The position numbers and the translations under genes were made by a program. A model generated the notes under the pieces. That model searched no databases and was not told the DNA's origin. It worked only from the letters and a program-made list of their open reading frames with translations. Shown piece after piece: positions 51,890-63,308 of a stretch of DNA of 64,000 nucleotides. Numbering within the stretch: the first letter of the stretch is position 1; each line of letters begins with the position of its first letter. Source of the DNA: Convolutriloba macropyga (taxonomy: Eukaryota); the NCBI RefSeq assembly GCF_964194025.1, contig NC_134474.1:74338001-74402000 (forward strand), read 5' to 3'.

Positions 51890-52784
51890 TTTCAACGGGA
51901 GGGAGCCTGACAAGTTGTAGTTCTGGTTGATAAAATTTTCCTTGAATTGGTTCGATGACAGCGTCAACTAAAGAGTATGTTGGCGGGTTTAATGTAGGTA
52001 TTACCGTTATTTCAAAGACTTCGTCTGTGAATGATTGCTTGTAACTTTTCCGGAAAGCTTTGTCCTTTTTAACTATTCTCACAAAATCCCCAACGTAAAC
52101 TTTGGGCTTCTGAGTTGTGCTTGTTTGCGCGGTCAATGACACTAACCGTGGTACATCCTTTTTTGTAACTTTATTTGGGTTACCTGCAAGTTGGGTTACC
52201 CGATTTACTCTTGAATTGATTGTTTTCACAAATTGGTCTAATTGATCAATGTAGGAATATGTCCACCTTTCTTCGAGGTACCGATGAATTATCTCTTTTA
52301 AGACCCTAATGTTCCTCTCTGCAAATGCAGACTTTTTTTCGCTGAAAGTACTGTATAAATGAATTCCACGTTTGTTGCACAATTGTTTGAAAGCTCCAAG
52401 AAACTCTTTACCATCGTCAACCCACACTTTTTCAGGCTGCTTAATTTTGATCATCTTTTCAGCTGTTTCCGTCGCATACTTTGTTTTCAAGGGTTGCACA
52501 CGTAAATATCTTGATAGACAGTCAACCGCTACCAAGAGATATTTTATGTTACGGTTATATTCCGCTAGTTTGTCAACGTGCGCCAAATCCAGTGACCAAA
52601 TTTCATTTATGTTTTTTACAAAAATTTTAAGCCTGGGAAAATTTAATCGAATTGAACGGTATTTTGTTAAAGAGGGTTTTGTCTCCAAATATAACTGCTC
52701 ACTGTACTCAGGATAAACTTCCCTCACAAACAAAAAATTTTCGTGTATTATTTTCAAATCTATTGTAGCAATAGTAGCAACCAT
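51870..52784 (-). CDS. INT: Retroviral-like (RVE) DDE integrase, N-terminus probably truncated
   Basis: WSLDL (D), YLLVAVDCLSRY, VWVDDGKEF (D), AFAERNIR (E), VGDFVRI, GKFYQPEL. Recognisable homology starts at about YLETKPS (~52693); no C-terminal chromodomain. Confidence 0.93.
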   Translation of the reverse strand: MVATIATIDLKIIHENFLFVREVYPEYSEQLYLETKPSLTKYRSIRLNFPRLKIFVKNINEIWSLDLAHVDKLAEYNRNIKYLLVAVDCLSRYLRVQPLKTKYATETAEKMIKIKQPEKVWVDDGKEFLGAFKQLCNKRGIHLYSTFSEKKSAFAERNIRVLKEIIHRYLEERWTYSYIDQLDQFVKTINSRVNRVTQLAGNPNKVTKKDVPRLVSLTAQTSTTQKPKVYVGDFVRIVKKDKAFRKSYKQSFTDEVFEITVIPTLNPPTYSLVDAVIEPIQGKFYQPELQLVRLPPVENVQKPV

Positions 52785-52879
52785 ATCGTTCTATCACATC
52801 TCCGAAAAGTGAAAATTTCATCAGTTGATTTATGCCGAGAATTTATAGGCTCTCTTTAATAAAATTGACAATTCCATAT

Positions 52880-53254
52880 GCTCCAATGTGATTTCATATT
52901 ATCCTCATACAATAATCAATTCCATTTTATATTCATGGGATATATCATAACCTATTATTCTCAGGAAATAACATTCCATATTATCCTCATAGGATATAAC
53001 ATTCCATATAATCCTCATGGGATATACCACTCCATATTATCCTAATGGGATATACCACTCCATATTATCCTCATGGGATATACCACTCCATATTATCCTC
53101 ATGGGATATACCACTCCATATTATCCTCATGGGATATACCACTCCATATTATCCTCATTGGATATACCACTCCATATTATCCTCACGCATTCTATACCCT
53201 ATTATCCCCATGGCAGGATAACCCCCTATCCCAATACAGCTATATAATACCACT
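52880..53254 (-). repeat. Polinton right TIR and extended 28-bp array
   Basis: Six near-perfect GGGATATACCACTCCATATTATCCTCAT units at 53019-53186 plus about 5 increasingly degenerate units inward; terminus ...TATAATACCACT. Confidence 0.95.
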
Positions 53255-56200
53255 GACAATCAAATATAGATGTTTGTGTTTAAAAAACACACCCAAGATA
53301 ATAATTGAATTACATAATGCCTTGCCTCATTATAGTCCTCACAAGATCTGCAATTAAAAAGACTACGAGAAGAAAAAAAACGAACAATAAGCAAAAACAA
53401 AAATTTCACGGCACAAACGCAATATCAAAAATTAAAAGCACATAGTAACAACGTCAAAACACAATCTGATAAAGTTTTAACTTCACAAATTTACTTCTTC
53501 TTAACTATACAGCAAATGGGACTTTAATTCAATGTTTTAATTCAATATTTTTTTAGAGAGGATCATTTTCAACGTCTTAAAAATCATTCACTGTTAACTA
53601 AATAATTCTTGATAAATTTGATTAAAAAACACTACAAAAAAAGAAAGGACCTGTCTTTGGTTAGACTGAGCCATAAAAACGGACTACAGATGCAGGAAAA
53701 ACTCAACAAAATTACAAACACTTTGAGAAAACAAAAATTAGTGAGGCCATTAAAGCCTTAGCTATCATCTGCATATTGTTTTTTGTTTCACTGTTTATTT
53801 ACCCTAATTCAGCTAAAATTAAATTGAAAGATTTATGAAGTTCACTGGGGCCTCATTTGAAAGCAATTGGGATCTGCTATTACGTGGATGTGCTAAAAGA
53901 AGAGAAAAGAAAACGCAAATATTGACCACTTACAAATTTTATGAAAACGCATATTGTCCGACAAAAAAAACATCAGTTACGACATAAAATCAAGAGTTAT
54001 TTTAATTTTTGAAATACAAAAATTGGATGGGACCTCTCGATGTTGAGAATTGCTTAAAAATTAACGAGAAGAAATACAAAACTGAAAACCTGGAAAAGTT
54101 TTTGAATATTATCATGAACTCTAACTCTCTTAGGATATACTAACTGCATTGAGCACGATAATTCAATGCTCAATTAGAAATAAATGGGACCTGTCAGCAT
54201 TTTACTACAACAAAATTAAAGAACAACAGGCAAAAACAGCAAATTCCAAAACATTGAGAAAAAAACGTTGAAGCCTTTGACAAAGAATTTTTTCAGTAAA
54301 AACCTTTCTATTTTCGACTATTTTTTTTACAGCAATGGCATTTTAGTTTACAAAAAGTCTTCAAAAATTCATCAAACAGAAAAAATAAAACCGAAAAATT
54401 TTGAAAAAAGTATTACCAAGCAATTAAATTCAAAAGTTTTTAACGACAACAAACAAAATTTTGTCTCATGGGACGAAAATGATGTTTTTTGTTCATAAGT
54501 CATCGATAAGACCTCGCGATAAAACTTATGACTATGAAAACAGAAACAAATGCAGGCAAATTTTGTCAAAAAAGCGCAAGAACACTTCATATAGGATGAA
54601 CTGAATGTTTTTTTCAACCAATGGCAACTATCAATATTGAGATACTGTGTTCAGAATTCACAATGAACCAAAATTAAGAAAAAAAATTATCCAAAAATTA
54701 AAAAAAACTTTATAAAAACTTTTGGCATCAAAATCATAAAACCAAAAGTACGAGGACAAAACCGCTATTGAGATTAAATTTAGTTGCAGTAGAAAGGAAG
54801 AGGTCCTGTCATTACTGAGGATTGACTTAAAGTTCACAAAAATAAGATTAACACTGGTTACGGTGCAAACGAAGTTTTCGAAAAAATCCTTTTAAAGTTT
54901 TAACAGCCTTTAAATGTCCACTCAAAGCGCTAGATGGGTTCACTTAAAACTCAATCAGGAACCTATCTCACTTTAAGTCGACGAGTCCATGCGACAGGTC
55001 TACCAAAATTTAGTAAAATTTCAAAAACCGCAAAATTTCAATAAAAATTACAAAAACTCAGATTCGAAGCCAAAAATAACATGACCAATCCCTTGAAAAC
55101 GAATTTTTTGTTCATTGGGCATCATTTGACTGTAAACGGGACATCTTATTAACGGGTAGAGTAAAAAAAATAGTAAAAATTTTCTGAAAAACAGCTCTGA
55201 AAAAGAATTCAATTTTTTTATAGTGAACTTACCTATCAGTTCAGAACCTTTTTTATTGCCTTTCGTCTATTAGGAACACAATATTGATTCATTTCGTAGC
55301 GTGAAATGTAATTTTTATTCAATATTTTTGTTGAAAAAACCCTAATTTGAAAACGTATTACGCTAAAAGTGAACGAAATCATGCCAAATATCCCCTGTTC
55401 ACACAAAACTTTAAACCTCAATAACTGCTCAAAAAAAAACACGAAATTCGAAAAAAAAATTTCAGTCCGAATTCTTCGCTGGACCAGCTTTTTAATGATA
55501 CCACTCTGCGATAAACAATTCGGTCGACCAAAATCGACTGAACAAATTAAACCCATGGTTTAAGGGACTGAACAAATATAACCCAATAAAACCCATGATC
55601 ATATAGTTCACTTGTAGTTATATACAAATGGGGTTGGAACACTAAAGTAATTTATTGTGACAAACGAAGCGATTGAAACAAACAATGAACTAAGAATCAA
55701 CCCAAAGCTTATTACCAGGAGGTTTGTTAATGAAAGATACTCTGAACATAAAAGCTGCGCATGCCAAATCTTTTATGAAGGCAACAGCTGCAAAAACAAC
55801 TGGACAATGTTTCAATCATGGCAGCAAAGACAGTAAACCCAGAAGTGCGGCTGTGAATTCTCAACTACAACAACTACTACGTATAAAATGAAAATGAGCT
55901 TTCATGTTCCACCGAATAGTTTCATCGCAGAGGACTTAATTTGTTGCTATTGTGTTTTCAAAATATTCGTAACAATAGAAAAACGTGAAAAATTGTCTTA
56001 GTATGCTGCTTTTAAAACTATGCTTGCTGAAAAACTTCCTTTGTCTTGTTGAATCCGGAGTGCTCCATATTGTGAGCGGTTGACAAAAATTTACCGGCAA
56101 CCCAATCGGCAGCCTAATTTAAATTCTGGTAAAGCAAACAAACTTTTACAAAAATTTGGTTACAGAAGGAGAACATTTTTGTACTTTTTAATTTCTCAAC

Positions 56201-56607
56201 CAGGTGCATCCGGTACTAAATTCCATCGTTTTCAAATGAAATTGAACAGAAATTCTACTTCATGAGGAGATACTGCTGCTGCCCATTGTAAATGGTTGAT
56301 CAAAAAGCATAGAGAGCCAAAGAGAAAAATTCCTTGTAACCAATAAAAATAAAATTAATTTTTATGCCAATTCTCATTTATTAGCTCGTCAACTCTTTCT
56401 GAAATTTCAATATATGTAGTTAATATGCAGAAATAGCATAAAAAATTCCAACACTGTCTGACGTCTTGATGGCAAGAATTCCTCCCTAAATTTTTTGCCT
56501 CAGTTTCCAAAGCTCCTGCTAAAACTTCAATTTTGTCAAATTTAGTTGAATTAATTCTATCAAAATTAAGGGTTTTTGACACAAGAATAAAATAGCAAGT
56601 TTACTTA

Positions 56608-56980
56608 CCCGTACCGAACTCCAAGTGTAAAGCAGTACTGGACAATTGTAAATGCAAGTCTACCATGTAATATATTTTGCTCGCTTTCTGGCTTGAAATT
56701 TGCTTCTTTCAGGCGTATATTGACGGCCCAAAAGTCAAATTTCAACAAACGTGGTGGCGCAGAAAAGAGAACGGACGTCTAGGGAGAGGGAGATCGTGGG
56801 TTCGATACCCGTACGGAACTTTATTTTTATACTTCGCCCAAGTCTGGCCATTGTAAAATCAGACTGAATGCAAGTCTGACAAGTGAAAAAAGTGACATGA
56901 ATCAGTCTATGATTCAGTAATGATGAGGAATTGCATTTATACTGGCCCAGTACTGAAACGCACTTGGAGTTAGGTATGGG
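56608..56980. mobile_element. MITE with TA flanks carrying a tRNA-like internal segment
   Basis: CCCGTACCGAACTCCAAGTG...CACTTGGAGTTAGGTATGGG inverted ends; internal TGGCGCAGAA and GGTTCGATACCC A/B-box-like motifs at ~56755-56810. Confidence 0.65.
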
Positions 56981-57433
56981 TAGTTACTAAAAACTAAGTA
57001 AATCTATTTGTTCAATATGATTCCCCGACACAGCGAAAATCTTTTTGATGAGATTAATTTATTTGAGAAAGAAGTTAAAAACCGCAGGTTTTCAAGTTTT
57101 CCACCGAGGAAACTTAATTTAACTCGATGAAAAATTTTCCGCGGAGCTAAAATTTGTATTTGTTTGTTGGTTGTCCAGCTTTAATGTATTTCAAAGCAAA
57201 CTTCTTTTTTTGAAAAGTCAAATAAATTGAAGACAAAAATGTCGTAACTTTAGGAGAGAGTGAGTCTATTTAATTTTAGCTGTTTTCGGCTTGAGCCAAA
57301 GAAAGAAGATAACTCACTGATAATATACCCTCGGTGGATTTTTTTTGAACCAGTGATTTCCGTTGGCGAATTTTCTACTATCCAGTTTAATCCCATCTGA
57401 GCGTATTCAATGACCCAGTGAAATCACGTAGAT

Positions 57434-57736
57434 GGGTATTTCCCATTATAGCCCCCCCCCCCCGAAATTATAGCCCCCATTATGGTATAATAACCATGAT
57501 TGGTGGGGTTATACGTTATCTGGCCACTAAGCTGATTGGGGATCTTTTCCGTTTGTGCCCCCCCCCCCCCAGTACGTTATGCTCCCCCCAGTTACAGAGC
57601 ACGTGTCATTACATACTAAATCATTATGTAAAAATATTGCACGTGCATCTGGGGGTTGCAAATAATATGCACCCACTAAGCGGGGGGGGGGGCACAAACG
57701 GAAAAGATCCCTGATTGGCTATAATGGGAAAGACCC
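57434..57736. mobile_element. MITE family B containing a nested family A copy (57540-57710, TSD CTGATTGG)
   Basis: Outer TIR GGGTATTTCCCATTATAGCC / GGCTATAATGGGAAAGACCC; inner TIR GGATCTTTTCC / GGAAAAGATCC with an 8-bp duplication at 57532-57539 and 57711-57718. Confidence 0.88.
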
Positions 57737-57779
57737 GGTTTATCTATGATCCAGTGATATTCCATCGAAAGTTGAAAGC

Positions 57780-58257
57780 CATATGCCCACTAAGCTGGGA
57801 GTGGGGCGGGGGGAACAGAATAGATCCAAAATTTGTACGTTATGCACTCCTCACTTAACGTTAGCACGTGCCATTAAATAGTAAATCATTATGTAAATAT
57901 AGCACGTGCGTCTGTCGGGTGCAAATAATATGCACCCTCTAAACCTGGGGGGGGGGGGGGGGGGGGGGAGGCACGATAAACGGAGAAGATCCCGAAACTT
58001 TGTGCATCAAATGTGTTCTGTGTTCTTGTTTTAGAGGAGACCAAGGACTAATCCGGCCAAGTGTATTTTGGATCTAATCTGTTTTGACCCATATTTCCAG
58101 ATTCTTTTCCGGGATCTTTCTCGTTTGTGCCCCCCCAGTACGTATTACATAGTAAATCATTATGTTAGAATATGGCACGTGCGTCTGGGGGGTGCAAATA
58201 ATATGCGCCCACTAAGCTAGGAGGGGGGGGGGGGGGGGGCACAAACGGAATAGATCC
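57780..58257. mobile_element. Cluster of family A/C MITE copies (full copy at 58112-58257)
   Basis: Shared core ...GCAAATAATATGC.CCCACTAAGCT-G(n)-CACAAACGGAA.AGATCC; flanks of the full copy are CTTTTCCG and CTTTTCCA. Confidence 0.75.
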
Positions 58258-58315
58258 CTTTTCCATCTGTTACAGTGAGTGTTGCTAGGTGCTACTGACT
58301 CCTACTCATTATTAC

Positions 58316-58415
58316 CTGTGGGGTGTTTTGAGGTTCCATCTGTGGGTAAAGACGATCGCCTGGGTGTTTTTCTTGGCATTTCCACCACCACATCACGTGA
58401 CCCCCCACAACCCAT
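58316..58415 (-). CDS. STMND1: STMND1-like protein, first coding exon (MGCGGS acylation motif)
   Basis: ATG at 58415 gives MGCGGSRDVVVEMPRKTPRRSSLPTDGTSKHPT; phase-1 donor ACAG|GTAATA is compatible with exon 39874. The five exons total 1338 nt (445 aa). Too short to appear in the ORF track. Confidence 0.72.
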
Positions 58416-58978
58416 AATGCCAGTCCTCTTTAGTCTACGGCTCTTTTGATACGAATTGACAACACGTGACCTCTCCTCAACGACGCTGCTTCAAATATTC
58501 AGTTCCTTTCCAGTTTTTCCCTCCTTTTGAAAGGCACTTTCGTTTTTCCAGCGGCTGATGCTTTTGTTAAGTGTAGTAAATTGTGATTGTAAAATAATAA
58601 ACTATATCTCTTTTCACTGCTCTTAATTTTGTGTACCTTTACAGATAAAATCTCTCAAGGAGTTTCAAGCAGCAATTGTTGTTTTTTATTTTTTTTACTC
58701 AGTTGTTCATTAGAGTGGAACTGTTCCGTGTGAACACAAATGATTCCACGCGCAGGTGTTTCTTCTTTTTCCACGTTTTTCCTTTGCTTCCAACGCCAAA
58801 ACTAATCATTTATATACACACAGCATAATGTAATGTAGATACCACAGTTGGAAAAATATTCATAAATAATTTATCAATTTGTGCTCAAGTAATAAATGTG
58901 GAACAAGAAATTAGAAATTAGAAATACGCAATTAAGTTATATATGTTACAATGAATGAATAACTATTGCATCAAGGTG

Positions 58979-59099
58979 GGGTCTTTCCCATAATAGCCCC
59001 CCCCCCCCCCATTATGTTATGTTTACCATGATTGGGGGGGGGGGGGGGACTATAGGTTATCTGACCAATAAGCTAGGGTGGCTATAAAGGGAAACACCC
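58979..59099. mobile_element. MITE family B
   Basis: GGGTCTTTCCCATAATAGCC...GGCTATAAAGGGAAACACCC. Confidence 0.75.
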
Positions 59100-59180
59100 C
59101 CCAAGTTTAGGTTCTTTTCCACGGAGTCTCGCTTTTTCACTCCCTAATAGTTTTGCAAATCATTTAACCCCAATTATTTC

Positions 59181-59490
59181 GGATCTTTACCGTTTGTCCC
59201 ACCCCCCCCCCCCTGCACGTTATGCTCCCCCACGTGCCATTAGTTGTAATTCATTGTGTAAATATATGGCACGTGCCCTGAGGGTGCCAATAATATGCAA
59301 CCACTAAGCTTGGGGGGGGGGGGTGTGGGGCAAACGAAAAGATCCATTATTTGGGTCGTTCCCATTATAGCCCCCCCATGAAATTATAGCCCCCCATTAT
59401 GGTATAATAATTACTATGATGGGGGGGGGCTATAGGTTATCTGACCACTAAGCTGGGGGGGGGGGGGGGTGGCTATAATGGGAAAGACCC
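59181..59490. mobile_element. Family A MITE (59181-59345) abutting a family B MITE (59353-59490)
   Basis: B is flanked by an 8-bp duplication CATTATTT; A's TSD ATTATTTC (59173-59180) is restored when B is removed. Confidence 0.85.
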
Positions 59491-60134
59491 CATTATTTCA
59501 TTCCTCTATCATTTCAACTCAATTTTAATTCCATGTATAATTGCTTAACATTCAAAATAAGGATAAGCGAAGTTTGTGTTGAAAATATGAGTTTTTACTA
59601 TTAATTGGCAATTCAGAGGCTTTGGAGAAATAGTTATGGGGGATGAAATGATACGTGGTTAAAAGATATGCTGTTAAAATATGGCTTGGGGGGAATGAAT
59701 CAAGGTGAAAGGAAGTAGAAACCTTTTTCACAACCATCGTCTTAAAATTTAAAACGTCTCCTACCCACCCACCCAAAAATCAGGTCTCTTCTATGCCCCC
59801 CCTCCTCCACGAAAATATACCCCCGCCCCAAGCAACTCGATCAACGCGAAATCCAGCTCTGATCAGATCCGAATAGATCCAATGTACACCTACAAAGCGT
59901 GAGTGAGGGAAAGAACCGAAGATAAAAATGAGACGAAAATGTGGTGGTAATGATACAATAAAGTAATGCGTCTTTACTATAATCAAATAGTCGCCAAATA
60001 TACTTATGTTTAACTGAGCACGTGTTCAATTGGAATATGACGTCAACAGTCACATATTTTTGCCCTTCTTGTTCTGCCGATACAACCAGAAGTCACTCAT
60101 CTTCACAACTAACACCTTCATTCACAAAATGGAC

Positions 60135-60375
60135 GGATCTTTTCCGTTCCCCCCCCCCTCCCAGTACTTTATGCACCCCCTAGTTACAGAGCTCGTGTCA
60201 TTATACGTAGTAGTTCATTATGTAAAAATATTTCACGTGCGTCTGGGGGCGTGCAAATAATATGCACTCACAAAGCTGGGGGGGGGGGGGGGGGGGGACA
60301 AACGGAAAAGATCCAAATGGACGGATCTATTCTGTTTCCCCCCCCCAGTATTTTTCACGCTCCAAGTTACAAATT
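60135..60375. mobile_element. Family A MITE (60135-60314, TSD AAATGGAC) immediately followed by a family C end (from 60323)
   Basis: Perfect 8-bp TSD at 60127-60134 and 60315-60322; GGATCTATTCTGTTTCCC begins directly after it. Confidence 0.85.
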
Positions 60376-62706
60376 ATATATATGTATATTACTGTTTTCG
60401 AAAAATACAAACTTATTACATAATTTTGCCCTTTTTCTTTTTTTTTGGACAAAATATGGCTTTTACGGCTTCGACAGCGATTTATCGCAAGTTTTAACTG
60501 AATTTTTGTTCGTTGTCTCCACTTAGTGCTCGTTTTTTAACCGCAGAAAGTTGAATAATGACAGGTCGTAATGCCCTCCTATAAAAGCGCATGTGATCAT
60601 GAACATGTTGGATGATTTCAATTGCTATCTAAGATTTTTATTACTTTGAAATTAAATGTTTTTAAAAGTTTTTTTAAAAATTTTTTTGTTCCGTTTGTTC
60701 TAATTGTTACCGAGTCTTTTAAAAAGGTGATCCCATATCTATTCTAGTGAAGTATAAGTTATGTTTATTAGTTTAAGTTTTATCTGGCGCTATTTTGACC
60801 TTTTAATAAGTTTTTTATTGGAAATAAAGTTTTGGATATAATTAATGTTTTATGTTATTGTTGTGTAATTTTGTTGTTCGTCTTGACTTCCTTGCTTAAC
60901 AGTGGTTGATCTCATCAATCTAATATGGCAGTTTTTTTTACTACACTGAGTTATTTGCGTTGGAGACAAAGTTTATGTTCATACGCATTTTTTAAAAATT
61001 TGAATTTTTGGGAGTTTCTTTCTGTTTCTCACATGGTATAGAGATTTCTGACAAAAATGCGGATGAGCAGGGTCGGAGCTTCATGTGCTAACGCACATTA
61101 TCAAGCCTCCTTGTTATAAATGATAATTCATGCTCAGAGAACTCCTATTTATTTTTTTTTAGCTTGCACTTATCTCGCATAATTTATTGTGTTCTTACAT
61201 GTGTTTTGTATTTGTTTCTCTTCTATTATTAGGCGACAAGCTTCTCCGTTTTTTTGTTGCAAAAGTTTTTGGGGTCGTACAACGCATCAATTATATCTAG
61301 GCAACAAATAAATCAAAAAGCCATATTGAAAAGCAAGAAAATGTTTGCCGTTTTTTTGCATTTCAAACCCTGAATTAGACGGTTATCTTAGAACACTCTT
61401 GAAAAATTTAGACGTTCTTCTTTCAAGATTCTCATTTTGTCATTAGTTTAGCTGATGGGTATTTTGCAGATCTCTTGTAACAAAACGGTTATAAACAAAA
61501 AACTGCTAGAGGTCGATTCTCTTGAAGTATCTTTCAAGCAATTTTATAATGCAAAAAACCTTCAGCGTGCTGGCTTCGATTATCGGTGTCTGTATAATAT
61601 TTTTTAAATAAAAAATAAGTCGACGATAATTAAAAACATTTTCTGAAAAACCCCTGAGAAATTAACTCCGCAGTTCGGAGTATCACACTAAAACGTTTAG
61701 GTAATTTTACTTTAAAAAAGTTAAAGTAAACTTTTGTTAAGGTAGAATTAAGGTAAAAGTAACCTCAACTTTATCTTAATTTTGAGTCCAGGTTAAAATT
61801 ACCTATTTTCGTTTTTTTAACAAAAAAGAACATTTAAAATGAAAACCTGAAAGACACGTTAATTTTTCTCATTGAAAACGTTTTTACCATTAGGGTTGTT
61901 GGTACCATATGGATGTACTGTGCGAAAAAGGTCAAAAATTAAATATAAGCCAACGCATAAAAGATTCTAAATGCGCGAGTTGATGTAGCCCAAGGGCATA
62001 GACGGACAAATATGTGAGGAATTTCAACGTTAGGACTTTTTTCCCAACAGAATGAGGGGAAAATAAAAAAACCATGCTATCATCTTTAGTATTCTATCAG
62101 TCCGCTTATTCGTGCGTTTATTTCCACGATTAATGCTCGTCAATCTTGTTTTATTTTTGAACATCCATCGACTCTCTTAACTCGAATAGGGTCAAAAACT
62201 AAAAAAAAAAACGTTCGCTTCCTTAAAAAATTTTCATCTCCCGTCAGTTTTTACCAACCAAGTCAGTTAGTGGGGGACATTGTGCTAATAAATGCAAAAT
62301 TTGCTAATAAATGCATCTTGAAAACAAGATGACGCGAGAAAGAATTGTCTGTCATAAGTTAGAACAGTGGTGAACAATCTCATATTAGTTTGGCGCATGT
62401 TTGTGTCATTGCTCTCTCTCTCCTTTTAATAATTCATCTGGCTTAATAAATGCACGTTTTAAATTTTTAACGTGGTCTTTTCAGCTCTGGCGACCAGTTT
62501 TTAAAACGTTTATTTGCGTTTGAACTTTATTTTAAAAAACGCACTTTCGGGTTGTAAAATATTTCGGGTTAAAAGTCTGCAGCGCTGGAAGTTAGAATGC
62601 AAGAAGTTCTTATATACATAGCCAGATGTTGACTTCCAACAGATTTTTTAGGTTGACTTCCGCATTTTGAAACCTGAAAGTTGCCTGTTTAAGTATAGGT
62701 TATGTG

Positions 62707-62936
62707 ACTCTGCTTGAAGTCACTGAGAACTTCTGGAATTCTTCATCTTCTTTATCTAGAACGGGGTAGCATTTTAACATCTAGCACTGCAGACTTCGGG
62801 CATCTTGCACGTGCGGGTTTTACGCACGGGTACGTGACGCTGTAGATTTCACTTCGAAATTCTTGCCGAGAATCGCGAACCGCTTCGTTGTTCTGTTCTC
62901 GATAAAGGCCAAATGTTCGGCGACTTCAAGCAGAGT
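62707..62936. mobile_element. MITE (TIR ACTCTGCTTGAAGTC)
   Basis: 15-bp perfect inverted ends that extend imperfectly inward. Confidence 0.65.
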
Positions 62937-63128
62937 ATATTTAGTCATAAATTTGCAAGACAAGCGGACGTTCGAAAAGCTCCTCAAATGAGCAACAAAA
63001 TGTTGATGTTTGAACGTTTTAATTTTGAACTTTGACCTTTATAACGTTCGTTAGCGGTGCAACTTCATGGGACCAAATTTTAAATTAGTTCACCTCAAAC
63101 CTCTTCGCGGAGGTTCTATTTATAATTG

Positions 63129-63308
63129 GGGATCTTTTCCGTTTGTGCCCCCCCCCCCCCCCTCCCAATACGTTATGCACCCCCAGTTACAGAGCACGTG
63201 GCATTATATAGTAAATCATTATGTAAAATATGGCACGTGCGTCGGGGGGTGGGTTCAAATAATATGCACCCACTTAGCTGGGGAGGGGGGCACAAACAGA
63301 AAAGACCC
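63129..63308. mobile_element. MITE family A with 8-bp TSD TATAATTG
   Basis: TIRs and core as in the other copies; TATAATTG at 63121-63128 and 63309-63316. Confidence 0.82.

Larger units (their letters stand above)
40910..53254 (-). mobile_element. Polinton/Maverick (adintovirus-like endogenous virus), 12,345 bp, defective
   Basis: AGT...ACT termini, ~180-bp TIRs, perfect 6-bp TSD GACAAT (40904-40909 and 53255-53260), and pPolB, integrase, MCP, mCP and protease genes. Confidence 0.98.

Noticed and set aside
42031-52716. Plus-strand ORFs antisense to polB, capsid and integrase genes (e.g. 42031, 44137, 51161, 52372)
   Set aside because: Shadow ORFs of the real minus-strand genes, mostly without ATG starts or motifs.
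53017-53357. ORFs with MGYTTPYYPHG repeats (also 40882-41197)
   Set aside because: Translation artefacts of the stop-poor 28-bp repeat; they cross the element boundary.
56600-56612. Minus-strand GTAAGT donor as a further STMND1-like exon
   Set aside because: It coincides with a MITE terminus, and no convincing open exon with an acceptor lies upstream.
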